64,000 nucleotides of DNA from a virus (Duplodnaviria > Caudoviricetes): the IMG/VR virus record IMGVR_UViG_2814123293_000008, positions 12,264-76,263 of that record. One strand, written 5' to 3'. Within the stretch, counting starts at the first letter, position 1; every line of letters starts with the position of its first letter. A program made the position numbers and the translations under genes. A model generated the notes under the pieces. It did no database searches. It saw only the letters and a program-made list of their open reading frames with translations, and was not told the origin of the DNA. This document shows, in pieces, positions 1-9,115 of this stretch.

Positions 1-439
1 CCTTGATGTACGATGCGCTGACATAGGCGGCCTTGCCGTTGTAGCTGACCTTCGCCCAGCCGTTTTCGATACCCTCTACTTGCAGCTCTGCGCCGCAGAC
101 CAGAGCGCCGTATTTGCCGTAGCTGGTGCTGGGGCCGGAGCGGACATTCAGGCCGCTTTTGGCTGTGACCTTGTAGGACTTTGCCGCACCCTCGGTCTTG
201 GCCTTGGAGGACGCGGACAGGCTTCCTGCGGAGGCTGCCGCGTCGATGGCGTCAGCCAGCCACTTTTTGAGCCAGATGTCATCGCGGTCCTGGAGCTTCA
301 GCTGTAGGTCGTCGGTACCGTCCGCCTCCTTGTCGGTGTAGGTGGCCGACAGGAAATAGGGTCGCATACTGCCGGTGATGTCCGCGCCCCGGAAAAAGAT
401 CTGCGCCGTGACGCGGCGCGCCTGATTCGGGCTGCTCAT
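1..439 (-). CDS. Late control D-like baseplate hub protein with an inserted SH3b domain (runs off the window)
   Basis: Manual translation from ATG 439, which overlaps the tail X stop (ATGA): MSSPNQARRVTAQIFFRGADITGSMRPYFLSATYTDKEADGTDDLQLKLQDRD...YKVTAKSGLNVRSGPSTSYGKYGAL...GWAKVSYNGKAAYVSASYIK; position after TMP and tail X. Confidence 0.75.
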   Translation of the reverse strand, partial: MSSPNQARRVTAQIFFRGADITGSMRPYFLSATYTDKEADGTDDLQLKLQDRDDIWLKKWLADAIDAAASAGSLSASSKAKTEGAAKSYKVTAKSGLNVRSGPSTSYGKYGALVCGAELQVEGIENGWAKVSYNGKAAYVSASYIK

Positions 440-648
440 CCGACCACCTGCTTCCACGGGGGCAGGGTGTCGCTGACATCCTCAACGAGATCTGGCAGCT
501 TCAGCACGATCCCCGCAGGGAAGGTATAGTACCCGAGATACTGCGGATTCAGATTCATCAGCCGGTCGGTGTATGCCTCGCTCCCCAGCTTGGAGAAGGC
601 GATGCTGTCCCACATATCGCCCTGAATAGTGGTGTATGTCTTGCTCAT
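436..648 (-). CDS. Phage tail protein X (P2 gpX/LysM-like)
   Basis: YTTIQGDMWDSIAFSKLG...MNLNPQY...FPAGIVLKLP motif directly after the tape measure gene. Confidence 0.85.
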   Translation of the reverse strand: MSKTYTTIQGDMWDSIAFSKLGSEAYTDRLMNLNPQYLGYYTFPAGIVLKLPDLVEDVSDTLPPWKQVVG

Positions 649-3600
649 TTGTAAGCCCTCCTTGCGGTGTCAATGCCAGCCTCTTCCATGACCTCCAGCA
701 CGCGCTCGGCAAATTCATCGCCGTATTCGCGCATGGCTTCCACCGTTTCCGGCGTTGCATTGCCCTGGATCTGGAACACGACCTGCAGCTCCACCACGCC
801 GGCGCCGGAGCCTGCGCCCGGCTCTGCCGAAAGCGCGCCGCCGACCTGGATGGCGTGCAGCGCCTCCAGCAGCTGCGGAGCGAAGGTAATGGCCTGGTTC
901 TCCATGCTGTCGCGCATGGCGGCGGTCTCCTCGGCGGTCATGACCTGCTCACCGCCGTTGAAGTAGACCAGCTCGGGGCCGTTCTCGCCGACGAGAGCGA
1001 AGCCCGGCGCGGCGGACTGCGTACCAACCGCATAGCCGGGGATGCTGCCAGCCGTCCCTGTGCCGGAAGTGGACAGCGCGGCCCTGGCTGCGGCGGCGGT
1101 GCGGCTATAAGCGGCAGTAACCTGGGGCAGCATACCGACAGCGCCGTCGATGAAGCCCTGAATAGTTGCCTGCGCGCTTTCCTTGGCCTCGTCGCCCAGG
1201 TCCATCGCTTCGATGTCCTCGGCAAGCGCCGTCCGCAATTCGTCCATGGTGGCCGTGAAGTCGGTCTTGAGGTCGGCCACGCTTCCGGCCGCGTTCTTCT
1301 GCTCCTGCTGCAAGGTCTGCCAGTTGGATACCATTGCCTCCAACTGCTCGTCGGTGGCGCCAGCCATGCCGGCGATGGCGTTCACGCTGTCGGAGCTTCC
1401 GTCCGCAAAGGAGGCGATCATGTCGCTCAGACCCTCGATGTCGGCGCTGCGGTCGGTGAGGGATTGCAGATTGGCGTTGTAGTCCTGCCAGTAGGTGATC
1501 TGGCTTTCCAGTGCGGAATTGATGCTCCCTGCGCTGGTTGCAACGACCTCTGCGGCCTCGTCCCAAAGCTGGTACTGTCCGGATATGCTCTCGTATGCCG
1601 CGCTGTACGCTTCGCTGTAGGACTCCGCAAGGGCGGCGATCTTCTCCTGAACGTCGGAGATGGTTGGTTGAAGCTCCTGCATTTGGGCAGCGGCCTCAGA
1701 AGTTACGTCTGCGTTGGCGGCGTTGGCGGCAGCCATCAGGTCTATCGCCTCGTTCGCCAACTCCATTTCCTGCTTAGCATCGGCGACGGCCTCGGCATCC
1801 TTCTCCATGGCGGTATTGAGGTTTTTTATCTCCCGCTCCGCTTGGTTAATTTCGTCGTTGTACCCGTAGACAGCGCTCTGCAAGTCACGGTACTCCTGGG
1901 ACAGGGCCGTATTATTATCGATGGAATCCTGGTACAGCTCGTCCATGCGCGCCATAGCGTCGGCACGCTTTTTTTCCGCTGCGTCTATTCTGAGCTGTGC
2001 CTTCGTCAGCTCAACACTGTTTTTGGCCTGCTCCACCAAGACATCATTGTACTGCTCGGCGAGCTCGTTCATGTACTCCTGGTACGCCTGAGCTTCCGCA
2101 TTTTCCCGCCACGCCTGCGTGTTGGCGCGGAGAGCGGCGGTACCGCCTTGAACCGTACCGTTCTGGATGTCAATCAGATCGGAGAGCTCTGGTATCAGTT
2201 GGCACAGCAACGACAAGGTATTTCGATACTGCTCCTGCTCCTCATTGGAGAGCTGGGTATAATCCCCCATCTCCTCCAGCTTTGCAATATACTGGTCAGC
2301 GACATCGGCAGTCGCTACGGTTTGTGCAGCCGTATTCTCAAACGTTTCCCCTGCCTCGTCCATGGCATCCCGCATCCCCTGGGCCGCCTGGGTCAGTTCG
2401 TCCACGGAGGGAACGGCGTCATTGGCGGCGGCGGTGGCAAGGGCGGCAACTGCGGCGGTCACACCGGCCACAGCAGCGGCCACGCCCATGATGATATTCA
2501 CGCCCGGAATGGCTGCGGTGAGCATGGCGGACGCAGCAGCAGCTACCTTTGCGCCGACAGTGTACGCGGCAAGGGCCACTACTACCACGCCGAGCACGCC
2601 CGCGAAGGCTGTAATGGCATTTACCAGTGCCGGGTTTTGCTTGATGAACTGCGCAACGCCGTTGAGAACGTCCGTGCCAACGGAGTACGCCTCCCGCAGC
2701 GCGGGGGTATAGGCATCACCGATGGCCACCTTCAAGTTCTTATAGGCGTTCTGCATCATGGTGAGCTGGCTCTGGGTGGTGGCATACCGCTTAGTGGCCT
2801 CGTTGGTGAGGGCGGTATTCTGCTGCCACGCGGTATTCGCGGTGTTCACCGCGCCGGTCATCTGGTCTGCGGCCAGTCCCAAGGCTTTGAGCATATTGCT
2901 CTGCCGGATGCCGGTCAGCCCCAGATCCTCCAGCACGAGCACGGTGCTTTCGCCCTGCTCGTCCAGCTTTCCCAAACCGCCGATGAAGGAGGTCAGGGCG
3001 CTCATGGCGTCGTTCCTCCAGGTAGAGGAGAACTCTTCGGAGGACATGCCCGCGATACGGGCGAACTCCGAAAGGTCGTCCCCGCCCTTTGCAACAGCCT
3101 TTTCGATGGCGTTGAGGGTCTGGGCCATGGCGGTACCGCCGGCCTCGGCCTCGATGCCGACAGAGGACATAGCCGCAGACAGGGCCATGATCTCGGGCTC
3201 AGTCAGACCGGCCAGCTTACCGGCAGATGCCAGGCGCGTACCCATCGCCACGATCTCGGATTCCGTTGTGGCGAAGTTGTTGCCCAGGTCGACGATGACG
3301 GAGCCGAGCCGCCCGTAATTGTCCGTCGCCATGCCGGTGATGTTGGCGAAGCGCGCAAGGGCGGTCGCCGCCTCGTCCGCCGTCATGTTGGTGGCGGTGC
3401 CAAGCATGGTCATGACCTCGGTGAAGTCCAGCAGCGCGTCCTTCTGGATGCCCAGCTGTCCGGCGGCTTCGGCAACCGCCGCGATCTCCTCGGTGGTCGC
3501 GGGGATCTCCGTGGACAGCGCCTTGATGGAATCCGACATCGCCGCCAGCTCCTCGTCGGTGAGGTCGGTGGTCTTGGCAACGCCTGTGATGGCGCTCTCA

Positions 3601-4202
3601 AAGTCCATCGACGCCTGCGCGCAGCTGGCGAAATATTTGTAGATTTCTTTCAGGGCGACGGCGATGCCTGCGGAAACGATGGCCTCGTGTACCTGGTTGA
3701 AGGCCTGTCCGGCCTTGTCACCGAAGGTCATGGCCTTATCGGCGGCCTCGCCCTGCTTCTTTTTCAGCGTGTCGATCTTGCTGGCGAGCTGCTCAGAGCT
3801 GTGGGAGAGGTCGTCGGTGTTGACGCCTGCCTCTTCCAGCGCCCCGCTCAGCTCGTTCAGCTTTGCCGCCTGCTTCTCCAGCGAGGCGGAGGTCTTGTCG
3901 ATCTGAAGCTGCTTTGCCAGCAGCTTGTTCTTCATGTCGGCGGACTCGTTGCCGGTCTCCTCCATCTCCCGCTGGATATTGTCATACTGCTGCCGCAGCA
4001 TCTCCAGCCGTTTCCGCGTCGCTTCCACGGCGGCCTGCTGCTTCTGGAATGCGGAAATATCCGCCTGTGTCTTGGAGAGGGCCTGGATTTCCTTCTGCAT
4101 GGACACGATTTCCTGCTGCGCGGCCTTGAAGGTCTTACTGTAGCTGCCTCCAAGCTGCGCGTTCAGCTGAAATAGCATCTCATACTCTTTGCGGCCTGCC
4201 AT
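645..4202 (-). CDS. Tail tape measure protein (TP901-like core)
   Basis: 1185 aa, Ala-rich helical; FESAITGVAKT core and C-terminal GYAVGT...VGENGPELV motif. Confidence 0.95.
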   Translation of the reverse strand: MAGRKEYEMLFQLNAQLGGSYSKTFKAAQQEIVSMQKEIQALSKTQADISAFQKQQAAVEATRKRLEMLRQQYDNIQREMEETGNESADMKNKLLAKQLQIDKTSASLEKQAAKLNELSGALEEAGVNTDDLSHSSEQLASKIDTLKKKQGEAADKAMTFGDKAGQAFNQVHEAIVSAGIAVALKEIYKYFASCAQASMDFESAITGVAKTTDLTDEELAAMSDSIKALSTEIPATTEEIAAVAEAAGQLGIQKDALLDFTEVMTMLGTATNMTADEAATALARFANITGMATDNYGRLGSVIVDLGNNFATTESEIVAMGTRLASAGKLAGLTEPEIMALSAAMSSVGIEAEAGGTAMAQTLNAIEKAVAKGGDDLSEFARIAGMSSEEFSSTWRNDAMSALTSFIGGLGKLDEQGESTVLVLEDLGLTGIRQSNMLKALGLAADQMTGAVNTANTAWQQNTALTNEATKRYATTQSQLTMMQNAYKNLKVAIGDAYTPALREAYSVGTDVLNGVAQFIKQNPALVNAITAFAGVLGVVVVALAAYTVGAKVAAAASAMLTAAIPGVNIIMGVAAAVAGVTAAVAALATAAANDAVPSVDELTQAAQGMRDAMDEAGETFENTAAQTVATADVADQYIAKLEEMGDYTQLSNEEQEQYRNTLSLLCQLIPELSDLIDIQNGTVQGGTAALRANTQAWRENAEAQAYQEYMNELAEQYNDVLVEQAKNSVELTKAQLRIDAAEKKRADAMARMDELYQDSIDNNTALSQEYRDLQSAVYGYNDEINQAEREIKNLNTAMEKDAEAVADAKQEMELANEAIDLMAAANAANADVTSEAAAQMQELQPTISDVQEKIAALAESYSEAYSAAYESISGQYQLWDEAAEVVATSAGSINSALESQITYWQDYNANLQSLTDRSADIEGLSDMIASFADGSSDSVNAIAGMAGATDEQLEAMVSNWQTLQQEQKNAAGSVADLKTDFTATMDELRTALAEDIEAMDLGDEAKESAQATIQGFIDGAVGMLPQVTAAYSRTAAAARAALSTSGTGTAGSIPGYAVGTQSAAPGFALVGENGPELVYFNGGEQVMTAEETAAMRDSMENQAITFAPQLLEALHAIQVGGALSAEPGAGSGAGVVELQVVFQIQGNATPETVEAMREYGDEFAERVLEVMEEAGIDTARRAYK

Positions 4203-4220
4203 AGACGGCCCTCCTTCAGA

Positions 4221-4412
4221 TTATTTCTTCTTGCTCCGATCCCGAGCTTCCTTCACGAGCTGGTTGCTGACCTTGATCCACTTGCACAGGGACGGCAGGG
4301 GCAGCGCCAGCCAGTAGGAAACGGGGGTTTGATTGGTCTTAGCCATAGTAAGGCATTGCCTGCGGAGCCAGACGCCGCCGTCGCCGGTTACAGCTCCGAT
4401 GCCAGCAAAAAA
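4221..4412 (-). other. -1 programmed frameshift extension (G-T-like chaperone)
   Basis: Slippery T TTT TTG at 4412-4406; the -1 frame stays open to TAA 4223-4221, just before the TMP RBS. Confidence 0.85.
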
Positions 4413-4813
4413 GAGCGGGCCTTGCCTCTGACGCGGTTGAACTCGAAGATTGGCAGAGCGCGCAGGGCGTCGTCGCCGATGCGGCGGGGGTGGCCGCTGG
4501 CGTCAACGATGGTATTGGTGCAAGCCCGCGCCGCCATACGCACAAGGAACTGGCCGGAGAAGGTGGGCGAGATCGTGGGCTTGCCGATGGCCTGAAGCTC
4601 GTCCTCGATGGCGAGGGCGTCATCGCCGGTCAGACCCTCGAAATCGAAATTCAGCTCGTCGAAGGTCTGCCCCTCATAGGTAAAGGGTTTTTTCAGCTTG
4701 AGGGTAAAGTTGCCCACGCTCTCCTTGGCCTGCGCCTCGGCAGCGGCGTACTCGTCGTGATCGACGGTGGAAAAAGCGTCGGCGGGGACAGCGGCCTTCT
4801 TGGTGTCAGCCAT
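4388..4813 (-). CDS. Tail assembly chaperone (G-like)
   Basis: Lies between tube and TMP; LKKPFTYEGQTFDELNFDFEGLTGDD motif; SD GAAAGGAG before ATG 4813. Confidence 0.85.
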   Translation of the reverse strand: MADTKKAAVPADAFSTVDHDEYAAAEAQAKESVGNFTLKLKKPFTYEGQTFDELNFDFEGLTGDDALAIEDELQAIGKPTISPTFSGQFLVRMAARACTNTIVDASGHPRRIGDDALRALPIFEFNRVRGKARSFLLASEL

Positions 4814-4836
4814 GATGATAACTCCTTTCAAATCTC

Positions 4837-4871
4837 AAAAAGATGCCCGGAACAGGTCTCCCGCCCCGGGC
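4837..4871 (-). terminator. Weak intrinsic terminator-like hairpin after the tail tube gene
   Basis: GCCCGG...CCGGGC stem followed by ATCTTTT on the minus strand. Confidence 0.4.
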
Positions 4872-4885
4872 GTTGGCCTGGCCTC

Positions 4886-5395
4886 TTACATACCGAGCGC
4901 CTTGCGGACGTCGGCCAGGTAGTCGGTGCCGTTGACATAGCAGATGAAGTTCAGCTGGTCGACCTCGCGCACCTTCTTGCCGTCGATGTAAGTCGCCCAG
5001 TAGCGGACGGCGTACTCGCCGGAGCCGTTGGAGGGCGCTGCGGGGGCGACGGAGCCGCCCTTGTCGCTCTTTGGGATGACCACAAGAATATGCTTGACGG
5101 AGCGCACGACCACCTTGCCGGCAACGACATCCTCGTCCTGCTGCGCAACGCGCAGGTCGATGGTGTGGCGGCGGGGCTCGGAGAGCTTCACGCTCTGGTC
5201 GGTGACGGTGCGGAAGTTGAGGCCCAGCGTCATCGCGTCGAAGTGGCCGAGGATGACCGCCTCCACATTGCCGGCAATGCCGGCACCGGAGATAGACTGC
5301 GTCAGCGCGGTCAGGTCGGGCAGCGTCGCTTGGGCCATGCCGACATACTCCACGGAATCTTCGTAGACCTTGAAGTTGATAATGCTCTGATCCAT
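4886..5395 (-). CDS. Major tail tube protein (P2 FII-like)
   Basis: 169 aa after the sheath; YVGMAQATLPDL...GAGIAG and VNGTDYLADVRKALG motifs. Confidence 0.9.
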   Translation of the reverse strand: MDQSIINFKVYEDSVEYVGMAQATLPDLTALTQSISGAGIAGNVEAVILGHFDAMTLGLNFRTVTDQSVKLSEPRRHTIDLRVAQQDEDVVAGKVVVRSVKHILVVIPKSDKGGSVAPAAPSNGSGEYAVRYWATYIDGKKVREVDQLNFICYVNGTDYLADVRKALGM

Positions 5396-5410
5396 GATTC
5401 AAACCTCCTT

Positions 5411-6835
5411 TTAGCCCTGCAGGGCGCTGGTGACATAGCTGGCGTCATACTCCAGCACGAAGTCGATCTCCTGAGCGGGGGAGGGCGGCGTCATGTGGAC
5501 ACGGAGTTTGATGATGCCGGCCATAAGGTTGGTCAGCGGGTTCTCACTCTCCAGCATCTCCACGCGAGCGCCCAGGATGTAGCCAATACCCACCAGGCCG
5601 TTGAGCCAGATGTTGGCGGAATCGAGAACGGTGTCGATGAGGCGGCGGGTCATGGGCTTGTCCAGCTTGCTCCAGAAGGTGCGGATCATGGTGTTTCCGA
5701 CCCAGCCAAACATCCGGGAGACGGGGATAAAGTAATCCTTGACGTCGGTGTTGCTGGGATAGCAGGCGGTATAGTTGCCCCAGGCGCACCAGCCGCCCAT
5801 GAAGTTCAGCGCGGTCAGGATGCCGTTGTCGTTGAGGATGTTCGCCTGTGCCAAAGTCAGATTGACTTCGGTGCCATCCTCCAGGACCATCGCATCGCAC
5901 TGGAAGCTCTTGTTGCTGGGGGACTCATAGGGGCAGCCGCCGTTGTCGGTGTCCACCTGGGCCATCAGGCCCGCCAGCTGCGTGCTCATGTGGAACTTGT
6001 AGTCCCCGAGCTTGAGCATGGGCCAGCAGGGAATCTCGTCCACATCGACGAAGTTCTTCCCGCTCTTCTCGGTGATGGCCGCGGTATAGCTGGTGGCGCC
6101 GGAGGAGCTGGAGTCGATGTCGATCAGCGCCTTGGCCTGGAACATCCCGTTGATGCCGCCGGCCTTGGTCGCCATGACGGCGGCCACGACCGAGGACTGG
6201 GAGTGCCCGGGGGCGCAGATCAGGTCGGGCACGATGCCCAGCGCGGTCATGCACAGCTCAATGCTTTCCATCCCCGCAGCAACAGCGGTATCGTCCACAG
6301 ACGCGGGCTTGACCTTGTTGTAGGCCACGTTGATCTGCGAAGCGGAATAGGCCTTGCCGTCGGCCAGCGCCTCAATGACAAGAAACTCCCCGTCGTAGTA
6401 GGTGCTGTAATCGGTGTCCTTGACGTAGGCATCGCCGGCGCCGCCCGCGGCCTTGACGACCAGATTGCTGTCGTCGATGGCCTCGATGGGCAGCTTGGCC
6501 TTATGGTCGGCCAGGGCCACATCGGATGCGGCCACTGCCTCCTTCATGTCCGCGGCATCAAGGACGTTGCAGAAGATGACCGGCTGGCAGCCGAACAGCT
6601 TGAAGTGGGAATACGCAAACTCACAGAGCGGATAGCTGGCCCAGTCGTCCGAGTAGCCCAGCTTCTCCACAGCCTCGGCCCAGCTGGTGCAGAGAGCAGG
6701 GACGCCGACAGCGGCGGGAGACGCCGCGCTCTGCACGGGGGCCGCGCCGACGACAAAGGGGACTCCGCTCTCGGCCATGACGGGGGTGCTGACGCTGGTC
6801 GCCTGCTGGGAGACGTTTACGCCATGATTTGCCAT
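5411..6835 (-). CDS. Contractile tail sheath protein
   Basis: 474 aa; HGVNVSQ N-terminus, PDLICAPG, YESPSNK, WGNYT and PPSPAQEIDF motifs. Confidence 0.92.
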   Translation of the reverse strand: MANHGVNVSQQATSVSTPVMAESGVPFVVGAAPVQSAASPAAVGVPALCTSWAEAVEKLGYSDDWASYPLCEFAYSHFKLFGCQPVIFCNVLDAADMKEAVAASDVALADHKAKLPIEAIDDSNLVVKAAGGAGDAYVKDTDYSTYYDGEFLVIEALADGKAYSASQINVAYNKVKPASVDDTAVAAGMESIELCMTALGIVPDLICAPGHSQSSVVAAVMATKAGGINGMFQAKALIDIDSSSSGATSYTAAITEKSGKNFVDVDEIPCWPMLKLGDYKFHMSTQLAGLMAQVDTDNGGCPYESPSNKSFQCDAMVLEDGTEVNLTLAQANILNDNGILTALNFMGGWCAWGNYTACYPSNTDVKDYFIPVSRMFGWVGNTMIRTFWSKLDKPMTRRLIDTVLDSANIWLNGLVGIGYILGARVEMLESENPLTNLMAGIIKLRVHMTPPSPAQEIDFVLEYDASYVTSALQG

Positions 6836-6847
6836 AGTGCTTCCTCC

Positions 6848-7192
6848 TTACTTTCTGCCGGAGGCCAGCTTCTTGTAGTTCACATTCAGCAGGTTTCCGG
6901 CGGTCTTGACTTTGATGCGATCCTCGGGGAGCGTGTCGCCGGTGACAATCAGCGAGGCGATCAGCGGGTATCGTTCCAGGGCCGGAGCCAACTCACTGAG
7001 CACATCAGCTTTGCCGCCCCGATAGACCGCGCCGGACTGGATTACTCCCCGGATGCTGGGGCCGAGGTAGACGCAAAACCCGGCGGCCTTGCCGTCGGGT
7101 TTCTTGGTTTTCTTGGGGGCCTTGGGCTCCTCCGCGTGCTCACCGGCGCGCTCGGCGGCGCTCTCGGCCGTTTCTTTCTTTACTACTGCCAT
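6848..7192 (-). CDS. Hypothetical virion/tail-region protein
   Basis: Coupled ORF with RBS between the tail completion gene and the sheath. Confidence 0.7.
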   Translation of the reverse strand: MAVVKKETAESAAERAGEHAEEPKAPKKTKKPDGKAAGFCVYLGPSIRGVIQSGAVYRGGKADVLSELAPALERYPLIASLIVTGDTLPEDRIKVKTAGNLLNVNYKKLASGRK

Positions 7193-7674
7193 TCTGCTAC
7201 CTCTCTTTCCACGCCGGGGACACGCCAGGTGGTCGTCATCTCTCCGGCAAAATAGGGGGCGGTGTCATCGGGGTAGATGAAGGTCTCCAAGCCAGCCTCC
7301 AGGTCAAGCTGGTAGCGCCGCCCGATGACGACCTGTCTTAAAAGGCGGATGCGAAGCCGCTCCATGAGATTGAGCAGCATAAGGCCGCCCTCCTGCTCGT
7401 CGCCGCTGTAAATAGCGAAAATAGAACGCACCACGGCCACGCCGCGCTCTCGCTCGCCGGCCGGCTGGACGTCTCTGCTGGTGATCGCCTGGTGGATGAT
7501 GTAGGGGGCCTTCTTTTTCGCGGATGTGCCATCCGGGAGCCGCATCAGGTAGACCTCCGCCGCCCGGTATTGCTGCCTCTCCTCGGCGCTCTGCACCCGA
7601 ACCGGCATAATCAGGTCTTTAATCGCTTCCTCGGTGACGGCCTTCAGCTCCTCCAGGAGCATAACCCTATCCAT
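7183..7674 (-). CDS. Probable tail terminator/completion protein
   Basis: Position, size and PYFAGEMTTTW C-terminus. Confidence 0.6.
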   Translation of the reverse strand: MDRVMLLEELKAVTEEAIKDLIMPVRVQSAEERQQYRAAEVYLMRLPDGTSAKKKAPYIIHQAITSRDVQPAGERERGVAVVRSIFAIYSGDEQEGGLMLLNLMERLRIRLLRQVVIGRRYQLDLEAGLETFIYPDDTAPYFAGEMTTTWRVPGVEREVAEWQ

Positions 7675-7677
7675 CGG

Positions 7678-8253
7678 CTACCCTCCCCACCCGTTGAGCA
7701 CCCGCATGATTTCGTGCTCAATGCGGCTCTCGTAGGTTTTTAGGATCTCCTCGTCCATCTTGTCGGTCGTCTCCTCGTGGGCGTAGAAGGCCTGGACGGC
7801 AGAGGGCCCGAACAGCTCCCGGATTGGAAAGCGCTCAGGGCCCTCTCGCTCGAATACGCCGGTGTGCCCGCCTACCTGGGTGACAAAGGCATTGTCCAGC
7901 GCCTCCTGGGCATTGGAGCGCAGCACGCGGGTATGCACCCGCCCATCCGAGCCGAACTTGGTGTCGAACTTAATCAGCGGGATTACGTTTCCACGGTAGC
8001 CGAAGGTGATGGAGTAGGCGCCGGCGGCATCCTTGATGACGGTGTTGATGTTCCTCGTCCGGGCTTTCAGCTCTCCTTGGGAAATGGCGTATTCCTCGGA
8101 AACGATCTTCATACCGACGGTGAGGCCGTGCCGCGCTGCCCGCTTCAGGGCGCTGCCGACGGCGCGGTAAACGCCGTCGGGAACTCCGGCCAGGAGCTTT
8201 GATGCCCGCTCAAGGCTGCCGTCGATCTCGTCAATGGTAATGGCGTAGCTCAT
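7678..8253 (-). CDS. Minor tail/neck protein (lambda gpZ-like)
   Basis: AFV...GHTGVFER...RFPIRELFGPS motif. Confidence 0.75.
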   Translation of the reverse strand: MSYAITIDEIDGSLERASKLLAGVPDGVYRAVGSALKRAARHGLTVGMKIVSEEYAISQGELKARTRNINTVIKDAAGAYSITFGYRGNVIPLIKFDTKFGSDGRVHTRVLRSNAQEALDNAFVTQVGGHTGVFEREGPERFPIRELFGPSAVQAFYAHEETTDKMDEEILKTYESRIEHEIMRVLNGWGG

Positions 8254-8618
8254 TCGTCGATCGCCTCCAGTTCCACCCGGAGCATACCCAGCTCACAGAC
8301 CGAGGAGGCGACATAGAACTCCCGGAAGAAACCGCCTCCGCCCTCCTGGTCGTTGATTTTGATGCGCTGTCCTTTCTCTGGCTGGTTGCCGCCCAGGTCA
8401 GATAGCGCACAGTGCAGGACGGAGGATACCAGGTAGAGCCCCTGGAGGTGGTCGGACTGGAGCTGGCGTCGCTCCCGCTCCTTCAGGCCGGACAAGACGA
8501 CGGGGATGTCCTGGTACTCCTCTCCGTCATAGCGAATGGTGCGTTTTTCGGCGAACTCATCCAGGTTGAGAAAGACGCTGTGGACGTCTTTGGCTACCAT
8601 GTCCTTGAAGCCGCTCAT
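8250..8618 (-). CDS. Head-tail joining protein (FII-like)
   Basis: FKDMVAKDVHSVFLNLDEFAE N-terminus; position after the capsid genes. Confidence 0.7.
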   Translation of the reverse strand: MSGFKDMVAKDVHSVFLNLDEFAEKRTIRYDGEEYQDIPVVLSGLKERERRQLQSDHLQGLYLVSSVLHCALSDLGGNQPEKGQRIKINDQEGGGGFFREFYVASSVCELGMLRVELEAIDE

Positions 8619-9091
8619 TCCACCGGCCCCTCCGCCCCCAGGCTGGGCGGAGCCTCCTCGTCGCCCTCCCCACCGGAGATGGCATCCTCCAGGGGGATGT
8701 CAGTGATGGCCGCGATTAGCTGTGCCTTCGTCTTGAGCTTGGCCGTGTCGATACCCAGGCCTTCGGCCAGCTCCCGGAGCTTGGCGTTGGTGAGCTCTTT
8801 AAGCTGCTCGGGGTCAAGACGGGCAGCGCCCTCGCCCTCCGCAGGCCCGTCCCCATCGGGAGTGTCCACGCCTGTCCCCGCGCCGTCCTCGCCCTCTGCG
8901 GGCGTTGCAACGGCCCCTGCGGTATCTTCCTCGGGGATGTCCTCGAGTACGACACCCACACCGAGGGAGGCCAGGCGGGCGGCCTCGGTGTCAGTCACGA
9001 CGCAGAGACCGCCCGCGGGTACCGACCGGGGGTGCTTCGCCCCCTCGGGCCGGTAGCCGTACAGGCCGTTGGTGATTTTTACATGCTTCAT
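8615..9091 (-). CDS. Head-associated protein with a C-terminal Rho-N/HeH-like helical motif
   Basis: LTNAKLRELAEGLGIDTAKLKTKAQLIAAI motif; follows the major capsid gene. Confidence 0.55.
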   Translation of the reverse strand: MKHVKITNGLYGYRPEGAKHPRSVPAGGLCVVTDTEAARLASLGVGVVLEDIPEEDTAGAVATPAEGEDGAGTGVDTPDGDGPAEGEGAARLDPEQLKELTNAKLRELAEGLGIDTAKLKTKAQLIAAITDIPLEDAISGGEGDEEAPPSLGAEGPVE

Positions 9092-9115
9092 GGTGTTGCT
9101 CCTTTCCCAGCCCTA

